Assembly: GCA_902594515.1 (NCBI GenBank)
Contig: CACJML010000005.1
Coordinates: 25,283 to 89,282, forward strand
Length of the DNA stretch: 64,000 nucleotides
Direction of reading: 5' to 3'
From: an uncultured SAR86 cluster bacterium
GTDB lineage: Bacteria; Pseudomonadota; Gammaproteobacteria; Magnimaribacterales; D2472
Part shown: in pieces, positions 38,430 to 48,020 of the stretch
Position numbering within the stretch: the first letter of the stretch is position 1
Layout: each line of letters starts with the position of its first letter
Made by a program: the position numbers and the translations under genes
The notes under the pieces: model-generated
What the model was told of the DNA's origin: nothing
The model's database searches: none
What the model saw: the letters and a program-made list of their open reading frames with translations, nothing else

Positions 38430-39524
38430 TTATAAATTACTAAAATTATTTAGATGATAGTTTCGATTTCCAAATAATGCATCTATAACAGTAAATCTTT
38501 TGAGGTAATGACCAATTGACATTTCATCACTAACACCCATCCCACCATGCAATTGAACAGCAGCCTGGCCTACTTGACGACTCGATTTACCAATTTGTGC
38601 TTTGAGTCCTGATATGGTCTTGCTAGCTTCATCATCCTTTCCATCCAGTTGAAGCATCGCTTTAAAGAGAAGTGATTTTGATACTTCAGCTTCAATGAAC
38701 ATATCTACCATTTTGTGTTGCAAAACTTGAAAATTAGATATCGGCTGACCAAATTGCTCTCTTTCTTTTGTGTATTGAACAGTCTTAAGATATGAAGCAG
38801 TCATTCCTCCAACAGCTTCAGCACAAATGCACAAGTTAGCCAAGTCAAGCATTGCATTAATAGCTTGAGATGCATCATTGTCGTGACTAATGATTAAGGA
38901 TTCGCCAACTTCTACATTTTCAAATGTAACATCACCACAATTTTGACCATCAACTGTACTAAACGAATTTACGCTAACACCTGCTGCTTTTGCATCAACT
39001 AAATAAATTACAGGCTTATCACCATTTCTTGCATAAACAAGAAATGAATTTGCAAAACTAGCATTCAGTACTACAGTTTTTACTCCATTCAGCTTTCCAT
39101 CATCAACTGATGTTTCGATATCATGAAAGTTATAGCCATTGTTTGCTTCTGAGAATGCGACACTGACTTGTGTTGTACCATCAATGATCTCGGATATGGT
39201 TTGTTTTGCTAGTTCATTACTTGATGACTCAAGCACTGATCCACTCATTACAACATTAGCTAGGTAGGGTTCGGCCACTAGTGCTTTACCAAATTCTTCA
39301 AAAATAACTGCTAATTCGATTGGACCAAAATTAAAACCACCATTTTCTTCACTAAAAGGCACTGCCAACCATCCAAGGTCTGCAAATTGTTTCCAAGTTT
39401 CTGGATTATGGCCATAGTTCGATTCAACAATTTTTTCCCTGAAATCGAAGGTATAGTCAGACTCACAAAATTTTAGAACCTGCTCTCGGAGCATGTTTTG
39501 CTCATCTGAATAGCTTAAGTTCAT
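38430..39524 (-). CDS. Acyl-CoA dehydrogenase family protein, small subunit type lacking both known catalytic-base positions
   Basis: 364 aa with an ACAD fold (YTKEREQFGQPISNFQ). It has LDLANL where IVD has LDLERL, and a degenerate C-terminus ALFGNRNY where MCAD has YEGT. Confidence 0.75.
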   Translation of the reverse strand: MNLSYSDEQNMLREQVLKFCESDYTFDFREKIVESNYGHNPETWKQFADLGWLAVPFSEENGGFNFGPIELAVIFEEFGKALVAEPYLANVVMSGSVLESSSNELAKQTISEIIDGTTQVSVAFSEANNGYNFHDIETSVDDGKLNGVKTVVLNASFANSFLVYARNGDKPVIYLVDAKAAGVSVNSFSTVDGQNCGDVTFENVEVGESLIISHDNDASQAINAMLDLANLCICAEAVGGMTASYLKTVQYTKEREQFGQPISNFQVLQHKMVDMFIEAEVSKSLLFKAMLQLDGKDDEASKTISGLKAQIGKSSRQVGQAAVQLHGGMGVSDEMSIGHYLKRFTVIDALFGNRNYHLNNFSNL

Positions 39525-39527
39525 TAT

Positions 39528-40703
39528 TTATACTCCTAAAATTGCTTTAGCAATTATATTTTTTTGTATTTCATTAGATCCACCATAGATTGAAGTTTTT
39601 CTAAAGTTTAAATACCTTGAGACAGCCTGAGAGCTAAAATCAGATACATTGGAGGCAGGAGTATTATTTGAATTAAATCCTTCTGGTCCCTCGTAAGGAA
39701 GGATGTATTGACCGGCAGCCTCAACATACATCTCTGTAAGCCTTTGCTGAAGCTCTGTCCCTTTAATTTTAATAATGGATGATTCTGCTCCAGGATGACC
39801 TCCGTTTGCAAGTGCAGCTAGAGTTCTTAATTCTGTAAATTCAAGAGCTGAAAGTTCAATTTCATAATCAGCAATTTTCTTTTTTAAATCATCATCAGCA
39901 AAGTCTTTTGTTCGTTCTTTCAAGAGCTTTAGTGAGTATTTTTGATTTGGAACGCCAGCAATACCAAACCTTTCGTGAGCTAGAAGAAATTTTGCATAAG
40001 TCCACCCTTTTCCCTCTTCACCGATTAAATTTTCTGCAGGAACTTTCACATCTGTAAAAAATACTGAATTAACTTCATGATCACCATCAATGGTGATAAT
40101 AGGTTTAACTTCGATTCCTTCAGTCTTCATATCAATCAGCAGAAATGAGATACCTTCTTGTTTCTTTTGAGTGGTCTCAGTTCTTACCAAGCAAAAAATC
40201 CAATCGGCATTTTGAGCTAAAGTAGTCCAAGTTTTAGAACCATTAACTATGTAATGATCACCGTCTCTAACAGCCTTTGTTTTTAGAGATGCCAAATCCG
40301 ATCCTGATCCTGGCTCAGAGTATCCTTGGCACCACCATGTATTAAATTCAAGAATATCTGGTAAGAATTTCTTCTTTTGCTCTTCATTGCCAAAGGTATA
40401 GATCACAGGCCCCACCATATTTAATCCAAAAGGCAGGATTGTTGGAGTGTTTGCATAACCTAATTCCTCTTGAAAGATATAGATTTGCGTAGGTGACCAA
40501 CCAGTGCCTCCGTATTCAACAGGCCAGTTATACCCTGCCCATCCTTGTTCATAGAGAGATTTATGGTAATCAATCATGTCCTGCTTAGTTAATTGCTCAC
40601 CATTATTTTGTTTTTCTTTTACATGCTTGGGGTATTTGTTTTCAAGATAATCTTTAACTTCTTGTCTAAATTGATTATCTGCATCTGAAAAATTTATATC
40701 CAT
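39528..40703 (-). CDS. Acyl-CoA dehydrogenase, large subunit type with the catalytic Glu at the IVD/LCAD-type position
   Basis: 391 aa. YSEPGSGSDLASLKT; LLAHERF (Glu at the helix-G position); C-terminal IYGGSNEIQ (Gly at the MCAD E376 position). There is a 3-nt gap to the small-type gene. Confidence 0.8.
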   Translation of the reverse strand: MDINFSDADNQFRQEVKDYLENKYPKHVKEKQNNGEQLTKQDMIDYHKSLYEQGWAGYNWPVEYGGTGWSPTQIYIFQEELGYANTPTILPFGLNMVGPVIYTFGNEEQKKKFLPDILEFNTWWCQGYSEPGSGSDLASLKTKAVRDGDHYIVNGSKTWTTLAQNADWIFCLVRTETTQKKQEGISFLLIDMKTEGIEVKPIITIDGDHEVNSVFFTDVKVPAENLIGEEGKGWTYAKFLLAHERFGIAGVPNQKYSLKLLKERTKDFADDDLKKKIADYEIELSALEFTELRTLAALANGGHPGAESSIIKIKGTELQQRLTEMYVEAAGQYILPYEGPEGFNSNNTPASNVSDFSSQAVSRYLNFRKTSIYGGSNEIQKNIIAKAILGV

Positions 40704-40841
40704 TAGTATTTCCTTTAATTAAATGATTTAGATTTTATGACATTAAATGTGCCAATATTTTATTTGAATATTCGTCAAAAGTATAATTTTTAGTGATAAA
40801 TGATTGTTAACTAGGTTTATAAAACAATCTATACTTCCTCG

Positions 40842-43800
40842 ATGAATTTCTCGATTCCTACATCATATATAAGCGATATAGAAAATTACATTTTATCTGA
40901 TACTAAAAACTATCTAATTCTTGCTTCTTCCCCATATGAAGCAGATATGCTGACAAAGGAATTAAGCTTTTTTACTAGGCATGATGTCCAATATTTCCCT
41001 GATAGAGAGATCTTACCGTTTGATCAATTTTCATCCGATAAAAATGTTCTTCTCAAAAGATCTAAGTTTTTAAAATATTGTACTAATGCAAAAAACACTA
41101 TATTTATAAGCTCAATTCAAAATTTATTTTCTTTATTGCCACCAAAATATTTTTTTCAAGCCAGTCAGGAATTAACTATTGATTCTGAGATAGATTTTAA
41201 TGAAGTACTAAGAATCCTAAATCAATTAGGCTATTCAAGAGTTGAACGGGTTGACTCACTAAATGAATACTCCGTTAGGGGTGGGATTATTGATATCAAT
41301 CCATCTCATACAAGCCATGGAATTAGATTAGATTTTTTTGGTGATGAATTAGAAAGTATTAGAGAATTTAATGTAAATACACAATTATCTTTAAATGAAA
41401 TAGATAGTTTTAGTCTCTCATCTGGGCATGAATTGCCTCTAGACGAAAATTCAATTGGATTATTTAAATCACAATGGCGTGAATATTTTCTTGATATTGA
41501 TGAAAGAAATGTAGATCTATTTAAAAGTATTTCAGATGGAATATTGATAGATGGATATGAAGTTTATCTTCCTTTTTTCTTTAAGGAGATGAAACTAAGT
41601 AGCTTTATTGATTATATTCCTAATCTTGAATTGATAAGCTTCTCAAATGCTTTAGAAGTTGCAAATGAATACCATAATTATTTAAAAGAAAGATATTTAA
41701 TTGAAAGTAATGAAATCTACAGGCCGATACCTAAAGTTGAAAAGCTTTTTTTAGAATTAGAAACATTTAAGGAATATTTAGAGAGATCAAAAAAAATAAA
41801 TCTTAAAGACAAGAGTTTTTTATTTGAACAAAAAAATATCTTCGAATTAATATCAGATCTTTATGACACAAAATCTGCAAAAAACTTTAAAAAAGTATTT
41901 ATAGCAACCAATAATGATGAAACTTTAAATGAAGTTCAGAAAATAATTCCTAATATTGAATTAATTAATCATGCTGAAGATATTAAAAATAAAAGTTTTT
42001 ATCTAACCAAGCAGAATAATTTAAGATCACAAGTATTGGACACCACTCTGCTATTGCATGTAGAAAATATCCAATCATTTAATTACCAGCAACCGGTTGT
42101 TGGTGATGAAACTAAGTCAGATTCATTAATTGAATCAATTAATTTTGATGAAGGTGATTATGTTGTTCATGAATCATATGGAATAGGCATATATGAGGGA
42201 CTTAAGACTGTTGCAACAAGCAATCATGAAGAAGAGTTTTTAGAGGTTGTTTATCAAGATAATGAGAAACTATTTATACCGACTCGGCAACATTATTTAT
42301 TAAGTAAATTTCAAAGAAATAATATTGATCATCCCTTGGATTCATTGTCATCAAAGAAATGGATTAATAAGAAAAAAAAGATAAAAGATAAGGTAAACGA
42401 CTTAGCTATTGAATTATTAGATATCGAATCAAAGAGATCAATCTCAACCTCTATACCTATGAGGTTAGATTTAAAAATTGATGCTGATTTCAATAATTCT
42501 TTTCCATATCAATTAACCAAAGATCAACTTACTTGTATTAATGATGTATATAAAGATTTAAAACTTATTAAACCAATGAACCGTGTAATATGCGGTGATG
42601 TAGGATTTGGAAAGACAGAAGTAGCTATGAGAGCTACAAATTTAGTTGCCTATAATCAAAAACAAATCATTATTTTATGCCCTAGTACGGTTCTAGTGAG
42701 TCAGCATCTAGAAACATTTAAAATTCGTTTTAAAAATTTTCCATACCTAATTGAAGGTCTATCGCGACATAAAACAGTTAAAGAAAAAAATAATATTATT
42801 AACAACTTTAATAATAAGAAAATTGATATTCTTATTGGAACCCACGCACTCCTTAACAGCGAAATTGATTTTAGCAATGTGGGATTGTTGGTCATTGATG
42901 AGGAGCATCGTTTTGGTACCAAACAAAAAGAATTTATAAAATCGAAACAAACAGGCATTCACATACTTTCTCTTTCCGCAACTCCCATCCCTAAAACACT
43001 AAATTATATTTTTTCTGGCTTGAAGGATTTTTCTTATCTGTATTCTCCGCCAAGCAATAGAATATCAACAAAAACATTTGTCAAGGTGCATGAAAATCAA
43101 ATTATTAAATCCTCAATACAAAGGGAGGTTTCACGAAACGGGCAAGTGTTTTACGTTACAAATGATATATCTCAACATGAACGCTCTAAAGCGTACCTAT
43201 TAGAGTTGATGCCTAATTTAAGAATCGGTATAGCTCATGGTCAGCTCAAAAAATCTGAAATAAAACAAGAAATGAATGCATTTAGTACAGGTGAGCTAGA
43301 TGTCTTAATTTGCACAACAATTGTTGAAATGGGCTTAGATATACCAAATGCAAATACGATTATTGTTGATAATGCCCACAGGTTTGGATTAGCTCAATTA
43401 CATCAATTACGGGGACGGGTTGGTCGATCATCAAAGCAGGCCTACTGTTATTATTTAATTCCTGATAAACACATTCCTAAACATGCAGATAACAGACTTG
43501 AAGCACTCTCGAGGCACTCAGCTCTTGGTGCTGGATATTTTGTTGCACAAGAGGACTTAGAGCTCAGAGGAGCTGGGCAATTTTTAGGAGAAAAACAGTC
43601 AGGTCATATTGAAGAGATTGGCTTAACTTTATATTTATCGATTCTTAAGGATTGTATAAACCAACTGAAAGGAATTGATGATAAGAATAAGATAGACTTT
43701 GAAATCAATCTGGGTGATAAGTCGCTTATACCTGAGCAATACCTTCCCTCAATGACAGACAGATTAAAATACTACAGAAAAATTTCTGCGTGCAAAAATG

Positions 43801-44123
43801 TTGGGGATATTAAAAGGATTTCAAAAGACCTTGTTGATCAATGCGGAAAACTTCCAACTGCTGTGAATAACCTACTATATGACGCAGAAATTGCCTTAAC
43901 TGCAACTGAAATTGGTATTTCCAATATCTATCTCAATAGGAATAATTTTTTGCAGTTTAAGTTTGTTAAACCGATAAGCGATGAGAATTTTAAAAAATTT
44001 ATGGAACTAATGAATTCTGATTTATATGAATTTAAACTTAATGCTGAAAATAAAATTAATTTAAAATTAAAAAGCAATGATGCGAGACAACAGATTAAGA
44101 GTTTTATAAATGCACTTATTTAA
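40842..44123 (+). CDS. mfd: Transcription-repair coupling factor
   Basis: 1093 aa. Walker A GDVGFGKTEVA and DEEH box LLVIDEEHRFG, with UvrB-homology-length N-terminal and TRG regions. Confidence 0.93.
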   Translation: MNFSIPTSYISDIENYILSDTKNYLILASSPYEADMLTKELSFFTRHDVQYFPDREILPFDQFSSDKNVLLKRSKFLKYCTNAKNTIFISSIQNLFSLLPPKYFFQASQELTIDSEIDFNEVLRILNQLGYSRVERVDSLNEYSVRGGIIDINPSHTSHGIRLDFFGDELESIREFNVNTQLSLNEIDSFSLSSGHELPLDENSIGLFKSQWREYFLDIDERNVDLFKSISDGILIDGYEVYLPFFFKEMKLSSFIDYIPNLELISFSNALEVANEYHNYLKERYLIESNEIYRPIPKVEKLFLELETFKEYLERSKKINLKDKSFLFEQKNIFELISDLYDTKSAKNFKKVFIATNNDETLNEVQKIIPNIELINHAEDIKNKSFYLTKQNNLRSQVLDTTLLLHVENIQSFNYQQPVVGDETKSDSLIESINFDEGDYVVHESYGIGIYEGLKTVATSNHEEEFLEVVYQDNEKLFIPTRQHYLLSKFQRNNIDHPLDSLSSKKWINKKKKIKDKVNDLAIELLDIESKRSISTSIPMRLDLKIDADFNNSFPYQLTKDQLTCINDVYKDLKLIKPMNRVICGDVGFGKTEVAMRATNLVAYNQKQIIILCPSTVLVSQHLETFKIRFKNFPYLIEGLSRHKTVKEKNNIINNFNNKKIDILIGTHALLNSEIDFSNVGLLVIDEEHRFGTKQKEFIKSKQTGIHILSLSATPIPKTLNYIFSGLKDFSYLYSPPSNRISTKTFVKVHENQIIKSSIQREVSRNGQVFYVTNDISQHERSKAYLLELMPNLRIGIAHGQLKKSEIKQEMNAFSTGELDVLICTTIVEMGLDIPNANTIIVDNAHRFGLAQLHQLRGRVGRSSKQAYCYYLIPDKHIPKHADNRLEALSRHSALGAGYFVAQEDLELRGAGQFLGEKQSGHIEEIGLTLYLSILKDCINQLKGIDDKNKIDFEINLGDKSLIPEQYLPSMTDRLKYYRKISACKNVGDIKRISKDLVDQCGKLPTAVNNLLYDAEIALTATEIGISNIYLNRNNFLQFKFVKPISDENFKKFMELMNSDLYEFKLNAENKINLKLKSNDARQQIKSFINALI

Positions 44124-44943
44124 AGTCATATTTGCAGTTTTCTTTATTACCTCTGCAAGAAGCGATGAATACCTTATTGAATATGTGGTGTTTAAGAATT
44201 TGCAATTTACCACTGATGAAGTTTTTACCCTAAAAGAGTTATCAATTAATCCATCTTCAGTAATTTCATTAAAGAAAGATACTAATGAGATAGTCATAAG
44301 AAATTTAGATGAATCGTTTAATAGTAAAAATGAATCATTGGATTCAATAGGTGAAATTATTTATGAGGAAAAAGAAGAAGAAACTACAACTAAGGAGCCT
44401 TTACCTATTCCAAATCCCCAACTTTGGTTTAATGAAAATAAATCTCTCACTAAATTAGAAACTTTTAAACGAAGAATAGAGAGAAGATCTGATTATGAGT
44501 TAATTGATTCAGGAAGTTGGGTTCAGGGCGTTTTTGATAGCAATAGCTCAAAATTTGTTAATGTTATTTCTAATGAACTTAATTTATACATCAAAACATA
44601 CAAAGAGAGGTACTTGCATTTGGATGTACTGGGCATGCTTGATAGTCAGACAATTGAGTTATCTGAGAATGGAAATGGAATAAAAGAAATTAAGCGCAAA
44701 GCTTATACAGCCTTACTAAATGAAACTGATGTAAAAGATGTAAATATAAGTATTGATATAGATACTTTATTCGAAGGTGATATAAAAACAATTGAACAAT
44801 ACCCTTCAGATGAGATTATTAGTAAAAGCTCAGCAACTCTAATAATTGATGAAGATAGAAGAGTATTTAATGAGGAAGTCCACTACTTTGATCACCCTCA
44901 GTTTGGAATAATGATATACCTAAAAAAACTATCAGGATTCTGA
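44110..44943 (+). CDS. Secreted hypothetical protein, possibly CsiV-like (peptidoglycan-binding)
   Basis: 277 aa with a signal peptide. The C-terminal ...RRVFNEEVHYFDHPQFGIMIYL resembles my recollection of the CsiV family C-terminus. It overlaps the mfd end by 14 nt; from memory csiV is next to mfd in Vibrio cholerae. Confidence 0.4.
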   Translation: MHLFKVIFAVFFITSARSDEYLIEYVVFKNLQFTTDEVFTLKELSINPSSVISLKKDTNEIVIRNLDESFNSKNESLDSIGEIIYEEKEEETTTKEPLPIPNPQLWFNENKSLTKLETFKRRIERRSDYELIDSGSWVQGVFDSNSSKFVNVISNELNLYIKTYKERYLHLDVLGMLDSQTIELSENGNGIKEIKRKAYTALLNETDVKDVNISIDIDTLFEGDIKTIEQYPSDEIISKSSATLIIDEDRRVFNEEVHYFDHPQFGIMIYLKKLSGF

Positions 44944-45528
44944 ATAGTAAGCATTATCTGTTACAGAATGATCAGTAATATCTTTGACCGATTTTAATTC
45001 AGAAAATTTTTCTAACAGAGTTTTTTCAATACCATCTTTTAGGGTTACATCCACCATTCCACATCCCTGACAACCGCCCCCAAATTGCAAAACAGCATCG
45101 CCCTCGTTAGTTATTTCGACTAAGTTTACAACGCCACCATGTGATTCAAGCATTGGATTGATCTCATTATAGATTACATAATTTACTTTATCTTCAAGGG
45201 GACTATCTGGAGAGATATTTGGAAGTCTAGAATTTGGAGATTTGATTGTTAGCTGACCCCCAAAGTTATCAGTATCAAAGTTAATTTCTGCATCCTCAAG
45301 AAAAGGTATTGATCGAGTTTCCACAAAAACTTTTAAGGTCTTCATTTCTATTAATGTATCTTGGCCTTCTTGCTCATCAATTTTACAAAAAGCGAGACAG
45401 GTTTCAGCTTTAGGTGTTCCCGGATCACTAACAAAGACCCTAACTGCCATATTTGTATCTTTTTTTTCATCAAGAAGTTTTGCTAGATACTTCTCTGCTG
45501 ATTCTGTAATTGTTATTATTTCGCTCAT
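44932..45528 (-). CDS. nfuA: Fe-S cluster carrier NfuA
   Basis: 198 aa. A degenerate A-type N-domain plus an Nfu domain with GGCQGCGM. Confidence 0.9.
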   Translation of the reverse strand: MSEIITITESAEKYLAKLLDEKKDTNMAVRVFVSDPGTPKAETCLAFCKIDEQEGQDTLIEMKTLKVFVETRSIPFLEDAEINFDTDNFGGQLTIKSPNSRLPNISPDSPLEDKVNYVIYNEINPMLESHGGVVNLVEITNEGDAVLQFGGGCQGCGMVDVTLKDGIEKTLLEKFSELKSVKDITDHSVTDNAYYSES

Positions 45529-45694
45529 ATTTAATGTGGTTAAAGCGTATCATAGCCTCTTTTTTTGGCATACGAAAATCTTCTGATTTAGAGACTGATA
45601 TGAAAAATATAAGTTTAGGTAAATTTATATTTTTATTTTTAATTATTAACTGCTCATTTATATTTTTTGTACTACTAATAATTAATCTAATTAC

Positions 45695-46705
45695 GTGAAT
45701 AAGATCCTTGAAACCGTTAACTCTTTCGATGAACTGTCAGTAAATCCTGAAGTTTTTATATCTCCATCAAAAAATTTTAGAAGCAGAATTGAATTTGGCT
45801 ATAAAAATGACTGTTACACCATGATGGATGGTGCATCACAAATATTTTTTTCAAAATCAAATGTTCCTATAAAAATGATTAGCAATAATATGGAAAGTAT
45901 TCTTCATGATGTTAATTCCTCTAAAACTCTAAAAAATAAATTATTTGGTATTAATTACAGATCTAATAATGTTACAACAATTTGTACTTTGATTTACCAC
46001 AGGCCTCTAGATGAGAAATGGCTATTAGAAATTAAAGACATTGAAGATAAATACGAAAACATACATTTTGTTGGTAGATCAAAGGGAAAAATTTATGGAA
46101 GCTCCAATGAATATTGGTCAAACGTTAAGCTTAGTAATGAAACCTTTTGGATAAAACAGGATGATGAAAGCTTTTTCCAACCTAATTTTTATTTAATGTC
46201 TAGAATGATCAATTTTATTTGCAAAAATCTTAGTATCAAACATCAATCCAGCAATCTATTAGAGCTTTATTGTGGTTGCGGTACCTTTACCCTTCCATTA
46301 TCTAAATACTTCAATCATGTGTTTGCTACTGAAAATAATCGTAAAGCAATACGTCATCTGCATTCATCAATTAAAAAGAATAACTTAAAAAATATTAATA
46401 TTGCTAGATTATCTGATCTCGAAACAATTGAAGCATTTGGTGGTAAAACCTTTAGAAGACTGAATGATTTCGATCTTAAATCATATAAATTTGATACTAT
46501 CTTAGTTGATCCTCCAAGATCAGGACTATCACCTGAATCAATTGATTTTATTAAAAAGTTTAAACAGATAATATATATATCATGCAACAGCGAGACGTTT
46601 TTTAGGGACTTAAAATTGCTTAATAAAAAAATTAATAAATCTGCCATTTTTGATCAGTTTGTAAATACTCAACATATTGAATTAATAGGTATTTTAGATG
46701 ATTAA
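45695..46705 (+). CDS. trmA: tRNA (uracil54-C5)-methyltransferase
   Basis: 336 aa with a GTG start. Motifs FFQPN, LELYCGCGTF, VDPPRSGL and YISCN. Confidence 0.88.
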   Translation: MNKILETVNSFDELSVNPEVFISPSKNFRSRIEFGYKNDCYTMMDGASQIFFSKSNVPIKMISNNMESILHDVNSSKTLKNKLFGINYRSNNVTTICTLIYHRPLDEKWLLEIKDIEDKYENIHFVGRSKGKIYGSSNEYWSNVKLSNETFWIKQDDESFFQPNFYLMSRMINFICKNLSIKHQSSNLLELYCGCGTFTLPLSKYFNHVFATENNRKAIRHLHSSIKKNNLKNINIARLSDLETIEAFGGKTFRRLNDFDLKSYKFDTILVDPPRSGLSPESIDFIKKFKQIIYISCNSETFFRDLKLLNKKINKSAIFDQFVNTQHIELIGILDD

Positions 46706-48017
46706 AATGGTTACTAACTTAATTTTATTTTTGGTAATTTCTTATTTATATGGAATAGCCTTATTTGTAAGTAACCAGGTTGCTTTTTTTTCATCTCAGG
46801 TAGCATGCGGTAGTTACTTCATTTCAAAAAGACCGCTCGAATCTATCCGCAAGCAAGAAGGACGGACTGACCCATTTGGAATACCCATTTTTGATAACTT
46901 AATTTTTAATCTGATAGATTACTCAATCGACAAGGATGAAAGATCTGTAGAAGTAAAGTTTGGTCCCTCAAGCTCAAAAATGTACTTCAAAGAAAGCTAT
47001 GGATGTACTCCTAATAACAATATAGTTTCAGTAGCAACCAATTTTTTATCCAATATCCCTCTTACAAGAAGAAACATTAATGAAGAAGTTCAAAATTTAA
47101 TAGATGAGGAACTAGAAAAAGATCCTGGCTCAAGAGCTTTGCTAGTTTTTTATAAGGATTCGGTCTCAGGTGAGTCTTATGATTTATTCTCAAATGCTGA
47201 GACTCCATTATTATCTTGGAGCATGACTAAATCTTTATCCTCTGTCCTGTTTTCAAGAATGCATGATGAGGGATACTTTGAATTATCTGATAAAGTTCTT
47301 CCGAACAGAGCGGATGAAGGGAGTCAATTAACTTTTAAACATTTACTTAATCACGTTGATGGATTGGACTATAAGGAATCTTATTTTCCCCTAACGGATT
47401 ATTTTGCAATGATAACTTCAGAAAATGTTGGCTTGCATTTGTCTTCATTGGAAATGACGCACAAACCTGGTGATTATTGGTCTTATTCATCAGCAGCTAC
47501 AAATCTTCTTAATTATAAAATGACTGAAAAGGCTAGCTCTCTTGGTTTTACTCCAATTGAATTATACAAATACTATATTTTTGAACCTTTAGGTTTTAAC
47601 AACACTTATTTTGGAACCGATAATCTGGGAAATTTTATTGCATCCTCTTTTGGATACGTAAGCGCTGAGTCATGGTTAAAGGTTGGTATTATGATGATTA
47701 ATGCATCAAAAAATGATGGATCTTTTATAAGTAAAAAAATGTTTGATTTTATGACCCAACCTACAAGATTAAATAACGATAAAATAATTGAAAATTATGG
47801 TGGTCAATGGTGGCTCAACACTAATAATAAAGAGATTAGCCCAGCGTTTTATGATCTTGAGCAAAAAATGTTTTCAGCAAACGGATTTCAAGGCCAAAGA
47901 TTATTTGTTATTCCTGAATTAGAATTAATTGTTGTTAGATTGGGTTTATCCGGTGGAAGAAAAGAATGGGATAATGAAAGAGATTTCTTAAAATCATTAA
48001 TAGATATTTATGAATAA
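46698..48017 (+). CDS. Beta-lactamase-fold serine hydrolase (family VIII esterase / PBP-like), membrane anchored
   Basis: 439 aa with an N-terminal TM and the S-x-x-K motif SMTKS. It overlaps trmA by 8 nt and ends 3 nt before the ACAD gene. Confidence 0.7.
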   Translation: MIKMVTNLILFLVISYLYGIALFVSNQVAFFSSQVACGSYFISKRPLESIRKQEGRTDPFGIPIFDNLIFNLIDYSIDKDERSVEVKFGPSSSKMYFKESYGCTPNNNIVSVATNFLSNIPLTRRNINEEVQNLIDEELEKDPGSRALLVFYKDSVSGESYDLFSNAETPLLSWSMTKSLSSVLFSRMHDEGYFELSDKVLPNRADEGSQLTFKHLLNHVDGLDYKESYFPLTDYFAMITSENVGLHLSSLEMTHKPGDYWSYSSAATNLLNYKMTEKASSLGFTPIELYKYYIFEPLGFNNTYFGTDNLGNFIASSFGYVSAESWLKVGIMMINASKNDGSFISKKMFDFMTQPTRLNNDKIIENYGGQWWLNTNNKEISPAFYDLEQKMFSANGFQGQRLFVIPELELIVVRLGLSGGRKEWDNERDFLKSLIDIYE

Positions 48018-48020
48018 ACT

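Noticed and set aside
45510-45698. A 62-aa ORF, or a 32-aa hydrophobic sub-ORF from ATG 45600 (MKNISLGKFIFLFLIINCSFIFFVLLIINLIT), whose TGA overlaps the trmA GTG start.
   Set aside because: The long version overlaps the nfuA start on the opposite strand. The short version is F/I/L-rich, as expected from T-rich non-coding DNA, with no clear RBS. It could be a real small membrane peptide, but I cannot support that from sequence alone.
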